DNA of 43,654 bases, taken from positions 1-43,654 of the forward strand of contig NIVC01004509.1 of NCBI GenBank assembly GCA_002269645.1. The letters are read 5' to 3'. The notes under the pieces are model-generated. The model saw only the letters and a list, made by a program, of their open reading frames with translations, ran no database searches and was not told the origin of the DNA. Position numbers and translations under genes: made by a program. Source of the DNA: Macrostomum lignano. Taxonomy: Eukaryota. Below are positions 1 through 12,575 of this stretch, one piece after another (the stretch's first letter is position 1; the number at the start of each line of letters is the position of its first letter).

Positions 1-181
1 TGTGCGCAGTTTTTACTCACCTGGTCTTCAAAAACCAGGAGTTCTAACTAGTCACCTGTACAGCAACCCGACGTCGGCAACGGTCTAAATTGCACCGACG
101 TTCGGCCGACATATGACGTCGTTAATGTTAATATTTATTAGGTCAAACAGAATAATTTTGGCCTTGGGTTGACGCTTTCGA

Positions 182-455
182 CAGGGGTCGATCGCCACCA
201 GGGGGGAACAGGGGGACATGTCCCCCTCTAGATCCTCCCATTAAAGTTATGGGGGGACATGCCAATGCTTTGCCCCCCCCCTCACCCGCGCCTTTGTTGA
301 CTTGTTATGGAAATCAATAATTTTGCTTCAGGGCAACAAAACATATTTAGTGCCTGCGGCCAAAATGATTGTTAACAGCATCAATTCCTAAAATAATGTA
401 CATGTAGAATTCTTGGCTTTGTCCCCCCACCATGAAATCCATGGCGACGCCCCTG
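182..455. mobile_element. Possible small hAT-like MITE
   Basis: Imperfect terminal inverted repeats: CAGGGGTCGATCGCCA at 182 versus the reverse complement of ...TGGCGACGCCCCTG ending at 455. The candidate 8-bp TSDs (gctttcga / gacatcga) match at only 5 of 8 positions. Confidence 0.3.
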
Positions 456-1146
456 GACATCGACGTCACTGCAGGGTTAGGGTATTTTAAGTATATGAAC
501 TCAAAGTGTGCAATAATACGGTAGTAGTGTGACACCAGACATTTGTATTTTCTCTAGTTCCATCTATCAGGAACTGTACGTGTTTTACCCACTCAGTTCA
601 GTAAAACGTGACACTTGACAGATTTACTGAACTATCTTGGCAACTCACACTGGGTACCTGCAATGCGTGCCTAATTTAGCAGGGCTTGCATGTCAGTAGG
701 ACGAACAGAAGTATAAAATGGATACAAGCCAGGCTTAAGGGCAATATTTTCTCGTTTAAGCTGATAAATTTAAACCAACTTTAAGCGTTTATCAAAAACA
801 TTGGTTTGGCGAATTATTTGTATAGCTAGACTCTTTGTACTTCTCGTGTGGTAAGTTAATCGGCAAAAATACTTCGGACCTTGCTTTTGCAGGGGCATAC
901 TCAGGAATTTTTATGTAAGGGCCTCATGCATAAAGGGGCGCCAACATTCTGTAAGACCAGAATTGCGAGAGAAATACACACTCAAAGGCCAAATTTAGTC
1001 GATATATATATTTGTCACGCACGAAGTATTCATGTACATGTATGTAATCGATATTGACGCAGGTAAATAAAAGCGTGCCCAACCCCCAGCGCAGGCCAAC
1101 CCCAGAACAGCAAACACAAAACTCACAATTCGAATGCTTGGTGTCT

Positions 1147-3895
1147 TGGTGGGCGCCCTGCTGTCTGTTGGTGGGCGCCCTGCTGTCTGTTGGTGGGCGC
1201 CCCTGTCCCTTGTTGGTGCATGGGCACTCCTGTCTCTTAATAGTGGGTCCCCCTGTCTCTTAATAGTGGGTCCCCTGTCTCTTAATAGTGGGTCCCCTGT
1301 CTCTTAATAGTGAGTCCCCCTGTCTCTTAATAGTGGGTCCCCCTGTCTCTTAATAGTGGGTCCCCCTGTCTCTTAATAGTGGGTCCCCCTGTCTCTTAAT
1401 AGTGGGTCCCCCTGTCTCTTAATAGTGGGTCCCCCTGTCTCTTAGTGGGCGCCCCTGTCTCTTAGTGGGCGCCCCTGTCTCTTAGTGGCCGCCCCTGTCT
1501 CTTGGTGGCCGCCCTTGTCTCTTGGTGGCCGCCCCTGTCTCTTAGTGGCCGCCCTGTCTCTTGGTGGCCGCCCCTGTCTCTTAGTGGGCGCCCCTATCTC
1601 TTAGTGGGCGCCCCTGTCTCTTAGTGGGCGCCCCTGTCTCTTAGTGGCCGCCCTGTCTCTTAGTGGCCGCCCCTGTCTCTTAGTGGGCGCCCCTGTCTCT
1701 TAGTGGCCGCCCCTGTCTCTTGGTGGCCGCCCCTGTCTCTTGGTGGCCGCCCCTGTCTCTTAGTGGGCGCCCCTGCCTCTTAGTGGGCGCCCCTGTCTCT
1801 TAGTGGCCGCCCCTGTCTCTTGTGGCCGCCGCTGTCTCTTGGTGGCCGCCGCTGTCTCTTAATAGTGGGTCCCCCTGTCTCTTAATAGTGGGTCCCCTTG
1901 TCACTTAATAGTGGGTCCCCCTGTCTCTTAATAGTGGGTCCCTCTGTCTCTCAGTGGCCGCCCCTGTCTCTTAGTGGGCGCCCCTGTCTCTTAGTGGGCG
2001 CCCCTGTCTCTTAGTGGGCGCCCCTGTCTCTTAGTGGGCGCCCCTGTCTCTTAGTGGGCGCCCCTGTCTCTTAGTGGGCGCCCCTGTCTCTTAGTGGGCG
2101 CCCCTGTCTCTTAGTGGCCGCCCCTGTCTCTTGGTGGGCGCCCCTGTCTCTTAGTGGGCGCCCCTGTCCCTTGGTGCATGGGCACTCCTGTCTCTTAATA
2201 GTGGGCCCCCTGTCTCTTAATAGTGGCTGCCCCTGTCTCTTAATAGTGGGTCCCCCTGTCTCTTAATAGTGGGCCCCCTGTCTCTTAATAGTGGCTGCCC
2301 CTGTCTCTTAATAGTGGGTCCCCCTGTCTCTTAGTGGGCGCCCCTGTCTCTTGGTGGGCGCCCCTGTCTCTTAGTGGCCGCCCCTGTCTCTTGGTGGGCG
2401 CCCCTGTCTCTTAGTGGCCGCCCCTGTCTCTTAGTGGCCGCCCCTGTCTCTTAGTGGGCGCCCCTGTCTCTTAGTGGCCGCCCCTGTCTCTTGGTGGCCG
2501 CCCCTGTCTCTTGGTGGCCGCCCCTGTCTCTTAGTGGGCGCCCCTGCCTCTTAGTGGGCGCCCCTGTCTCTTAGTGGCCGCCCCTGTCTCTTGGTGGCCG
2601 CCGCTGTCTCTTGGTGGCCGCCGCTGTCTCTTAATAGTGGGTCCCCCTGTCTCTTAATAGTGGGTCCCCTTGTCACTTAATAGTGGGTCCCCTGTCTCTT
2701 AATAGTGGGTCCCTCTGTCTCTCAGTGGCCGCCCCTGTCTCTTAGTGGGCGCCCCTGTCTCTTAGTGGGCGCCCCTGTCTATTAGTGGGCGCCGCTGTCT
2801 CTTAGTGGGCGCCCCTGTCTCTTAGTGGGCGCCCCTGTCTCTTAGTGGCCGCCCCTGTCTCTTAGTGGGCGCCCCTGTCTCTTAGTGGCCGCCCCTGTCT
2901 CTTGGTGGGCGCCCCTGTCTCTTAGTGGGCGCCCCTGTCCCTTGGTGCATGGGCACTCCTGTCTCTTAATAGTGGGCCCCTGTCTCTTAATAGTGGCTGC
3001 CCCTGTCTCTTAATAGTGGGTCCCCCTGTCTCTTAATAGTGGGCCCCCCTGTCTCTTAATAGTGGCTGCCCCTGTCTCTTAATAGTGGGTCCCCCTGTCT
3101 CTTAGTGGGCGCCCCTGTCTCTTGGTGGGCGCCCCTGTCTCTTAGTGGCCGCCCCTGTCTCTTGGTGGGCGCCCCTGTCTCTTAGTGGGCGCCCCTGTCC
3201 CTTGGTGCATGGGCACTCCTGTCTCTTAATAGTGGGCCCCCTGTCTCTTAATAGTGGCTGCCCCTGTCTCTTAATAGTGGCTGCCCCTGTCTCTTAATAG
3301 TGGGCCCCCTGTCTCTTAATAGTGGGTCCCCCTGTCTCTTAATAGTGGCTGCCCCTGTCTCTTAATAGTGGGTCCCCTGTCTCTTAGTGGGCGCCCCTGT
3401 CTCTTAGTGGGCGCCCCTGTCTCTTAGTGGCCGCCCCTGTCTCTTAGTGGCCGCCCCTGTCTCTTAGTGGCCGCCCCTGTCTCTTAGTGGCCGCCCCTGT
3501 CTCTTGTGGCCGCCCCTGTCTCTTGGTGGGCGCCCCGTCTCTTAGTGGCCGCCCCTGTCTCTTGGTGGCCGCCCCTGTCTCTTGGTGGCCGCCGCTGTCT
3601 CTTAATAGTGGGTCCCCCTGTCTCTTAATAGTGGGTCCCCTTGTCACTTAATAGTGGGTCCCCCTGTCTCTTAATAGTGGGTCCCTCTGTCTCTTAGTGG
3701 CCGCCCCTGTCTCTTAGTGGCCGCCCCTGTCTCTTAGTGGCCGCCCCCGTCTCTTAGTGGCCGCCCCTGTCTCTTAGTGGGTGCCCCTGTCTCTTAATAG
3801 TGGGCGCCCCTGTCCCTTGGTGCATGGGCACTCCTGTCTCTTAATAGTGGGTCCCCCTGTCTCTTAATAGTGGGCGCCCCTGTCTCTTAGTGGGC
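1147..3895. repeat. GC-rich minisatellite/satellite array of 20-24 bp units with higher-order duplications
   Basis: Units such as agtgggcgcccctgtctctt, agtggccgcccctgtctctt and aatagtgggtccccctgtctctt. A rare marker unit (ggtgcatgggcactcc) recurs near 1215, 2173, 2944, 3204 and 3820. Confidence 0.97.
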
Positions 3896-4133
3896 CGTGG
3901 TGCCCCTTACTCTGCGTAAGCCACGGTAGTTTAGCTGCCAATGTTTTAAAAGTTCGCTACTGAAAGCACGAGTTTTGTAAATACCGTTTCAGTAGATTAT
4001 GTACCTTGTGCGTGCATTTTTACCAAGTGCGATTCCTAAGCCACTCTGATTTACTCACGGAATAAAAACATCACTTGAATCGCAGGCTGCGCTGGTTCTA
4101 CAACTGCATTGTCCTGAGTACCATTTGATCAAT

Positions 4134-7100
4134 ATGACGACTGCAGTCGGTCCGCCTGCAGCAGCACAGTTACAGAATGAGGAGATCAGAGGAAGCCTGC
4201 TTGTTGAAGCCAAACGAGGCAATTTCGAAGTTTCCATCAAGCACATTCAGCAGGCCTTCAGTTTGGAAAGAGACGATGAGGGTCGAACTGCGGCTCACTT
4301 TGCCGCCATGGAACCAGGAGGCTTCCGTTTGCTCGAGGAACTGTCTCGCAGTGCAGGACTTTCTTGTCTTGACATGGAAGATGAACACAAAGCAACTCCG
4401 CTTCATTACGCCACCGCAAGCTACTCGCTCGAGCAACTCAAGCAACTCTGGCCGAACGTGCTTCGTTTTTTATGCAGCTACCGGCTCAGAGACAAATACG
4501 GAAACACACTGGCCCATTGTGCCGCTCGGAACTGCAGCCACGAGGAGGTCATTCTAGAAATTTTACGAGCATCAGACGGCAACCAGCGGACCAACTGGCC
4601 TGTCACAAGAGGATTTGTGTTGTGGAAGAATAGCAAAAAACAGACCGTGCTTCACATAGCCATGGAGCACTGCAGTGTAGAGACCGCCAAGACTTTTCTA
4701 AATCATGCATTGGAATCTGATGAACTCGGTGCTCCTAAAAATCTGGTTGATGACGAGGGCGACACTCTCGCTCACTATGCAGCTAGGAACCAGCACGTTC
4801 ATTTGGATGCATATTCAGGGAAACAGCATGACAGCTTTCTCAATTCAGTGGCTCTGGCATGTTGGGGACAAAAGTGCTTGAATTGGAAGAATGCCAACGG
4901 CCAGTCAGTGATGCAGGCTATCATTAAATACCTGCCTGACAGCGCAGCAGAACAAATGGCTGACATAGTCTCACTGGAACTGTTTAGACCCGATAAGTCC
5001 GGTAACACGGTTCTGCATTACACTGGGCTGTATGGGAAGCCCAGGACTTTCATGAAAATTACCAGACGGATGGTCATGACGCCAGTTGAAAATTTCGCTG
5101 AGAAAATAGCAGAAGATGCCAATAACGACGGCCAGACACCGATACATTTTGCTGCGCAGGACAAAGGCGTTATGGACTTTCTCAAAGAAACAAGCGACAT
5201 CAACTGGTACTCAAGCAAGCAGGACCGATTCGGCAGGAACATGCTGTTTTACGCATGTATGGGCTGGAATTTCGAGTTTCTTCTCGCTACTGATGCACCT
5301 AAGAAGGACTTTCGAATTTGTGACTTGGAAGGAAACAGCCTACTTCATGCTGTCATGCTCGGCAGTGGAAATAGCGAGTCAATCAAGAATTTCAATGCCG
5401 CTGTCCAAAAGCTGATCAACAACTTTGGCATCGATCAGAGAGCTGAGAACATTCTGGGACAAAACTGGCTTCAGTGCAGTCGCCTGAATGAAGACGTTCT
5501 TAAAGCCGTGCTATCATCGGCTTCAAAGCATGTCAAAGTGTCACTAAACTTGAACGCTTACAACTCGTCAGGTTTTCATATTCTTCATTTCTACTCTGGC
5601 AGGTATTCTCTAGAGAACATTGTTAACGTATTTAAGACCCAGTTGAACACAAAGTCGTACAAACTTGTAAGAGAGCAGGTCCTGAAAGGCCCCAGACTCG
5701 GCGCCACCTGCCTACACTTTGCTTGTCAAGCTGCTCACAAGAACAACATTGACTTTCTTTTGAAGAAGCGGCTAAGACTTACAGATTTAGACAGCGCAGG
5801 GCTCACTTGCATTGACTATGCAGTTGAAGCCGGCAAGCTAGAAAGCCTTTTAGAGGCTCTCGAAATCCGCGTAGTTGACGCGCTTCGTTTTATTGACCCA
5901 ATCCGATGGTCGCTAGAGCTACCTGACTATGACAGCGCATGTCATGTGCTGTCTGTGGCAGACAATGGATCAACGGTTTCCACTCTGGAGCAGCAGCCTC
6001 TTGTGGTATCAAAACAACAGATGCTTTTTGCAGACGCATTTCGCCAAGCTTGGTACCTAGACTCTTCTGTGGCTTTCAGAAGTGCACTCAGACTAAATCT
6101 TATTAGTCCAGACGCGGAAACAAAGTTCCTCGACTATCTGGTTGAGCAAAGTCGATCAAATCTGCTTCCAGGCTGTCAGCAAACAAATTCGCAGTCGGAG
6201 CTTCAAATAGTTGATATCGCCCTGAAAGCTGGCAAGTTCGAGCTTCTACCAGATCTTGTCATCACGAGACAGTTTGACCTGATTCCTGCATGCCTGCGTC
6301 TGATCATACAGCTGCAAAATCAGCGGGGTGAGACTTGCAGCGGATATGAGCAACTCGAAAACCTATATAAAAGAGTAATAAGAGTTCTCGTCGTTGTCGT
6401 CAACCATCTGTTTGAAAATGCTAGCTGGAGCGAGAAACAGATGCTATTCCGGTACATCCGGGGCAACATTTGTGACGACCAAGCTCAAGCTGGTGGGCCT
6501 CGTTTTCCTGGAGCGAACTGTAGTACTTGTGAAATTTACCACACGGCTACGAGTGTCACCATCATGGATCTGATTGAGGAGGCCGACTGCGACGAGCTCC
6601 TAGCAACAGATTGTCTTCATAGGATGGCCAATGATGAATGGCGATCTTCGTGTTATGAAAGGCGAGGCCAAGGAACAAGTTCCAGCTCCTGGATTTATAG
6701 CTTCGGACTTGCAATGTTGTTTTATGCGCGTCTAGCCGTCCATGCAGTGTTCCTACTTTACTTTTCGTGGTACACAATTGACTTTGCGCGGACTTTTAAC
6801 TCATGGACAATTGACGCGATTTTAACAGCCTTTGCTTCGTTCTTCCTAATTCTACAAGTGATCGATGTTGTCATGGCTTTGATGCCTCACACCTGCCGCA
6901 GATGCGGGACCAGCGCCAGACCAAGAAGACTTGGAAGCTGTCCGCCGTACTGCAGAGACTTCTCTAACTTGATAGACTGGTGTGCTCTTATTCTACTCTG
7001 GTTGGGAATAATTTGGAAGTGGTGCATCTTTCTCAGGCCCACTGATATCACCGTGTACGCTTGTCAAGCCACAATGTCGGCCTCATGTCTGTTGTTTGGA

Positions 7101-8432
7101 CTTCGGCTAATTGCTTTCTTGAACTTTTCATCGACAGTAGGACCCATGATCGCTATGATGAAGTGCGTTGTTCTGAAAGACTTTCTGCCTTTTCTAAGCA
7201 TCGTTGGAATTATTTTTTACTCATTCGGAGTTTTCTACTTCAACTTGTTGTTTCCTGTGACTACGTCAGTGCAGAGTGAGCTCAGTGCGAACACCTACTG
7301 GTGGCGAGTGATTCTACAGATATTCACCCTGCCACTTGACCTGCTGTTTACAAAATTTGACCAGATCAACTTCGACACACCGCGTAGCGGCCTCGACCAG
7401 TCTGTAGGATCAGTTGCCAACGCGATCGGGCTCTCCTGGTTTCAAAATCTACTCGTGTTTGTCTTTCTCAGCCTGGTAAACATCGTGATGCTGTACCTGC
7501 TCATTGCCAGGTTCAGTAGCCGCGTCAATGAAATGCGTGACAAAGCGGTCGGGCTGTGGAGGCGGTCGTATTTTGAGCTGCTGCGTGAGCATCAGAGACG
7601 AGTGGCGCTCTTTACCTGCTGGTCTTGTGGCTGCTTCAGACGGTTGAAAGTTGATTGTGACAATGAGGTACGTCTGTTTGTTGTTGTTTATTGTAGTCAC
7701 CACGGGAAAAGACAGTAGAAATATTGTCCTCCCAGTAAAGCTATATGTGGCGGACAAAGATAGTAATCAGTTTTGCTTTTTGGACGCCAAAATGAGTGCC
7801 TGCAGTTAAAAATCAGTGTACTAACGACACTGATCCTAAAATATAATGTATGGTTTGTTCGTTTAGGAATTTTTCCCACCTTCCACTTTCCCTTGGACTT
7901 AATTTCTACATGTATTCGCGGTTGCAAGACGTAAGTATGCACTCAGTTCTGCAGCTATGTGCGTATATTCTACACTGCAACAGACAATGAAAAGTAAGTG
8001 ACGCAATTATTATAATCCTATGCTCGTATACAATGTGCATCATTGCAATCCAGATGCACGAAACACACGTAAATCGATAGAACTAACGAAAATGATTTAC
8101 CTTGGCGTATTATCAAAGCCTCACATTCGTCATGTAACTCACTCGCAATATAAACCCCTCGCTAGGGCTGGTGGAACAATGAGCATCAGTACCCGCTGGA
8201 GTACCTGCGTTATCTTGGCTTCCAAGCCAACCAGCTCCGCCACCTGCGCTACCAGCTGGGCAGTCTCTTGGAGCATCAGCCGCGTTGGCGCTCGGCATTC
8301 CAGCCGGCATTGCCGATGACAAGCGGTCAGACTTCCAGAATGCCGCAAGAAAATCGACGATACAATAATGCTCAGAAACCAAAAAGCTGGCTGCCTGTCG
8401 CTACTCAGACTGCAAGGAAGAAAAGGGGTTGA
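4134..8432 (+). CDS. Ankyrin-repeat TRP cation channel with TRPM-like TM/TRP-box region, paralog 1; exons 4134-7667 and 8166-8432 (about 1266 aa)
   Basis: Ankyrin motifs (TAAHFAA, TPLHYA, TLAHCAA, TVLHIA, TPIHFAA, ATCLHFAC), six hydrophobic segments, VNIVMLYLLIARFS and a TRP-box-like WRRSYF. The first ATG is at 4134 (the ORF track starts at a TTG). Donor GAG|gtacgt at 7667/7668 and phase-0 acceptor ctag|GGC at 8165/8166 give GWWNNEHQYPLEYLRYLGFQA...stop at 8432, homologous to the last exon of paralog 2. Confidence 0.88.
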
Positions 8433-8449
8433 AGCGAATCTATGTGGAA

Positions 8450-9046
8450 AAGATTATTAACGTCCATGACAGGAGATTTTCAATGTCCATGTACAAAGAG
8501 AGACCTAAGTAGAACAAATTATCCACATCCACGTAGAGAAGATTGTTCATATAGATGTAGGGAAGATTGTCAATGTCTAAAAGAGGAGATTATCAATATC
8601 TTTGAGTTGAGATTATCTATATCCATGGGATGAGACTAATAATGAGAATGAAAATCCATTTGAGATCATGTGAGATTATCCACATCCATGTAGAGTAGAT
8701 TACTCAATCTAGGAGAGGAGATTATCCAACCCATGTAAGGAGATTATCTCTAAATATGAAAGAAGATTATCCAGATCGATGAGAGGACATCGTCGATATT
8801 CATGAGAGGAGATCTATCCATATCCATGAGAGTAGATTATCCCTCTGTCTATATGGAGAAACAAGCAATTATTTTTATCCCTGCATAGAAGATTATCTAT
8901 TCAGAGGAGAATATCTATTCAGAGGAGAATATCTATTCAGAGGAGATTATCTATTCAGAGGAGATTATCTATTCAGAGGATATTATCTATTCAGAGAAGA
9001 TTATCTATTCATAAGAGATTATCTATTCAGAGGAGATTATCTATTG
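8450..9046. repeat. AGATTATC-based degenerate repeat ending in an 18-bp tandem array
   Basis: About 9 copies of gattatctattcagagga at 8891-9046, preceded by decayed agattatc-containing units from about 8450. Confidence 0.85.
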
Positions 9047-10911
9047 AGAGTATCTATGCGGAGAAGATTATCTTACCGCGAATTGGAAGTTCTGCATGAC
9101 TACGGCGCCTCCTGTTTTAGTGTCCAAATAAAAGGTTTGCTGCTTCTCTATGGTTTACTCAAAAAATCTTATTTAACTTTCAACTGCCCAACGCTGACTT
9201 GCAGCGAAACTGTCCGACCCATATTTAGAATTATTATTCTCGATTAAAATCTTAAATACAAATTAATTGGAGAGAACATTTAGATTGCTAAAATTCAATG
9301 TTAAATAATTTGTAAGCGTGGAGAAAATAATAATTCGTCATTGTTTCCTTGCATCAATTCTTTCTTATTTACTGATGAACAATTAGAACGTAAACTAATT
9401 GATAAAATAATTTTCTGGTATCCTAGTTTGTCCAATAATAGCTGAATTTCATCATCGTTATGTATTAAAAAGTCTTAATTTTTTAGAACGATGTTCAAAT
9501 TAAGCGCAGTCTTAATACTCGTAAATAGCATTTACGAGCTAAATTCAATTGCACGTGAAAATAAGGTAGTAAGAAAACAAAAGCCAACAGAAAAATATAC
9601 GAGGAGTGAAACTCCTCCTACGGAGGAGAAAGGGGAAGAACTCCCACCGCCAGAATTCCATTACCTGAAATCCATCAGCTGAAATCTCATGACTTGAATC
9701 TCATCTTCCAAATCGTCTCCAAATCCTCTACAAAACCTATCAAATACTTGCTGAGCTGCAAGTAGTCTAGGAGGAGTTATGCAACACACAAACCAACAGA
9801 CAACAAATAAACATCGCACCAATTTTAGTATTAAGAAGAAGAGCATAATTTTTATTTGTTGCCAAAGCGTTTTGTCGATCATATAGACGTCATCAGGGTC
9901 TATTCAATCCAAGTGATCCCAAAACATATCAGTATACGTCGTATTTATGAACAACAAGCTGTGAAGTCCGAAGACGGGTCAATACAGTCCGGTAAAGTTT
10001 CAAAACGAGCCTAAGTACAGAACGGCGGGAGATAGATAGTAGACTCACGGCACTGCTCACAGTATTCTGAGCTCACGCTCCACCCCTTGCCACAATACAA
10101 TGACATGAAAGCAAGGTGGAACTATACGCTTCTTTTGGGACACGTGCAATAAATTCTCTTAATACCATCTAGTTAAAGATATGAGTAGTTGAGTAGTTTG
10201 CCTTACCCCTAGAAGTGGTATACACCCGTAGAATAACGACTAAAATACTGGCAAGGTACAGTGCAACTATCTACCGTTGCCAGGTTGCTTAAGTAAAGAA
10301 GAGGCAACGAATGAATGAGTTCTTGGTATCTTTTCAACCTTCTTATAAACCCATAAAAAATTTGAGGCAGTTTTTTTTCTAGCAAGCATTATTAAAGCAC
10401 ATTGGTGCTGCTGGTTGCTGTATTGCTTTTTACATTTTCTCCTTTAAATTCGAAGTTAGTTTCCCCCAATAGCGAACTAAAAGTGTACTAGAGGTAAGCA
10501 TACCGATTTTTTGCATTTGATTATTTTTTATTATTCAATATAAAGATTTAAAAAATCTGACTTCGATACCTACAAGCGTTTCTGTGTACTATAACTTATT
10601 ATGGTTCAGTCTGTTTCATGTACGCTCGTAGTTTAGACCTGAATTTCAATCATACCTTTTTCTAACAAGCCTTCACTATGCTGCTGGGAATGGAAGGCCT
10701 AAAGATGGGAGACTTTTGTCGTCAAGTAAATAGGGAAGAGTCGGGAAAACTCGATAGAAAAAGACTCGACCTTTATTGCGATCGTAGAAGAACACCAGCT
10801 ATGTACGAATACTGAACATTCTTTTGTAATTGGGTAGATTGCTAAAGTAGATGTGCTTTAAACATACTGGCAGTAGTTCCCGTTTGGGCAATGTTAGTAG
10901 ACAAAGGGATA

Positions 10912-11275
10912 TATGGATATAGATAGAGGCAGGGGGGTTGTGTGCACCCTGGCGCACTTTAAGCGACATAGGCACACAACCGGCGAGAGGCATTACTGCC
11001 CATTCCGCCGACTCCCCTGAGCAGGCATACAAGCGCGCGGATACGTACGCAGGCACACACTCACACAGGAGTGTACAGCGGCCCTAACTTTATATTATCG
11101 TTAGGCATGTACACTTCACTGCGCCTTGGGGGTCGGCTCTCAAGGCCGTTAATTGCACGAGCAGAGCCAAGCCGAGATTCCAATTCAGCCCCAAATTAAT
11201 GTGACTGCACTTGGAATCGAGCCTGGGTCGCTGGCACACCAGAGCAGCTGCGCTACCGCTGGGCTACGGCCCCCC
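10912..11275 (-). mobile_element. tRNA-derived SINE (364 bp) with 14-bp target-site duplication
   Basis: The minus strand begins GGGGGGCCGTAGCCCAGCGGTAG, with an A box at 11256-11266 and a B-box-like GGCTCGATTCC at 11213-11223. The 3' tail is simple (ctatctatatccat). Identical flanks tagacaaagggata lie at 10898-10911 and 11276-11289. Confidence 0.85.
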
Positions 11276-12575
11276 TAGACAAAGGGATAGATAAAAGGTT
11301 TAAAAGTTTCTATATCAGTGTCTCTACAGAGTAGTTAGGATTAGTGAAACGCAGACTTCGTCCACAATTACAATTTGGAGGCGAATTAATTGAGAGTTCG
11401 GGTTCCGCTGAGAGTAGCGAGGTAATGCATCTCGAGGTAATGTAGGTAAGAGACACAGGACGCCGACCAAAAGTAGAAGTGAATAAGGGATCCTTATTCA
11501 AGGTATTAACTTAATACCTTGTAAAACTTATTGTATGCTTATTAAAAATTGAACATCTGTCTAATTAATGAATACGCGCAATCTTGAGATTTTTGCTTTC
11601 ATTCTTTATAATTATTAATTAAATATTCCAATATAGAGATTAAAGATCAGACAGTTCGTTTCATAAGAAAGATTTAATAAGGCTGTGATAGTCGGAGAAA
11701 TATGTAGATGTCTGTGAACTATAGATTTTACTGGTTGAAATCACACTATTGCCTTTACAAACACAACAGTAATACGACTAGTTGAAACCTTATTGCTGTC
11801 GCCATACAAGCTGTAGCTATTGCACCTCTTTAGCATCGCTTAGTAGCTGTAGAATAAGCTCACTTTGCATCAGTTGTATTCGTTCCGTACAAAGAGACGC
11901 AGCTGTGACAGCAACTCTATAGCAGCTATTTGTTGGGCTCGCTAGATTCAGGCATAGTTGCTGTCATTTTAGTTGCCTGGCCGAAGTGAAATATGATGAA
12001 TAAAAAGGAGAGGAGAGCGGCAGACCTTAAATAATGAATGAGTCGCTAAAGAGCACAGAACAAACAACAGACGGAGTAGATAAGATACAAGCCATAGTTA
12101 CTACGTTAGGTTTGATAGCGTCGACCGAGTCTGAATTATTCATAATCAATGTATGCTACTGATAAGTAGCAAGCAGAGAGTTCTTGGGCATTAGGAAACT
12201 TATGGTTAAATAATGATATTCATGAGAATTAGGATTCAAATGTAAATTTATTACGCTGTAATTAGAGTAAATACGAGCACACTGAAGTGATTAAGTAGCT
12301 CTAACTGCACTGTAAACACTGTAAACCGGTAATTCCGAATTCATTTCTCATTAATTATTTTTGATGATTTCGTGAATCTTAGGTAGATTCACTAGCGATT
12401 TATTAATCAATTCAAAGTCGTGTGCTTTGACTATCTTGAACATTGTTTGTTGACAATTCTATACTAACTTAGATTGATGGGTAAGCTTTCAAGCCAATCA
12501 ACTGTTTTTTTGTTGTTATCCGATCAATCATTTTGCTGGACAAATTAAAAAAAGGAATGAAACTCAAACTATAAA

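Noticed and set aside
15-115. Donor-like GTGAGT and a short ATG frame on the - strand at the window start
   Set aside because: The candidate 35-nt exon has stops in all three frames. It could be a UTR or first exon of a gene outside the window, but this cannot be supported.
9665-9766. Possible isolated - strand exon (ctag|...TTTCAG|gtaatg, RLLAAQQVFDRFCRGFGDDLEDEIQVMRFQLMDFR)
   Set aside because: Splice-like ends and one open frame, but no phase-compatible partner exon or recognisable homology was found.
11196-11275. Functional tRNA gene
   Set aside because: It has A and B boxes but no convincing acceptor-stem pairing, and it is embedded in a TSD-flanked 364-bp unit, so it is called a SINE head.
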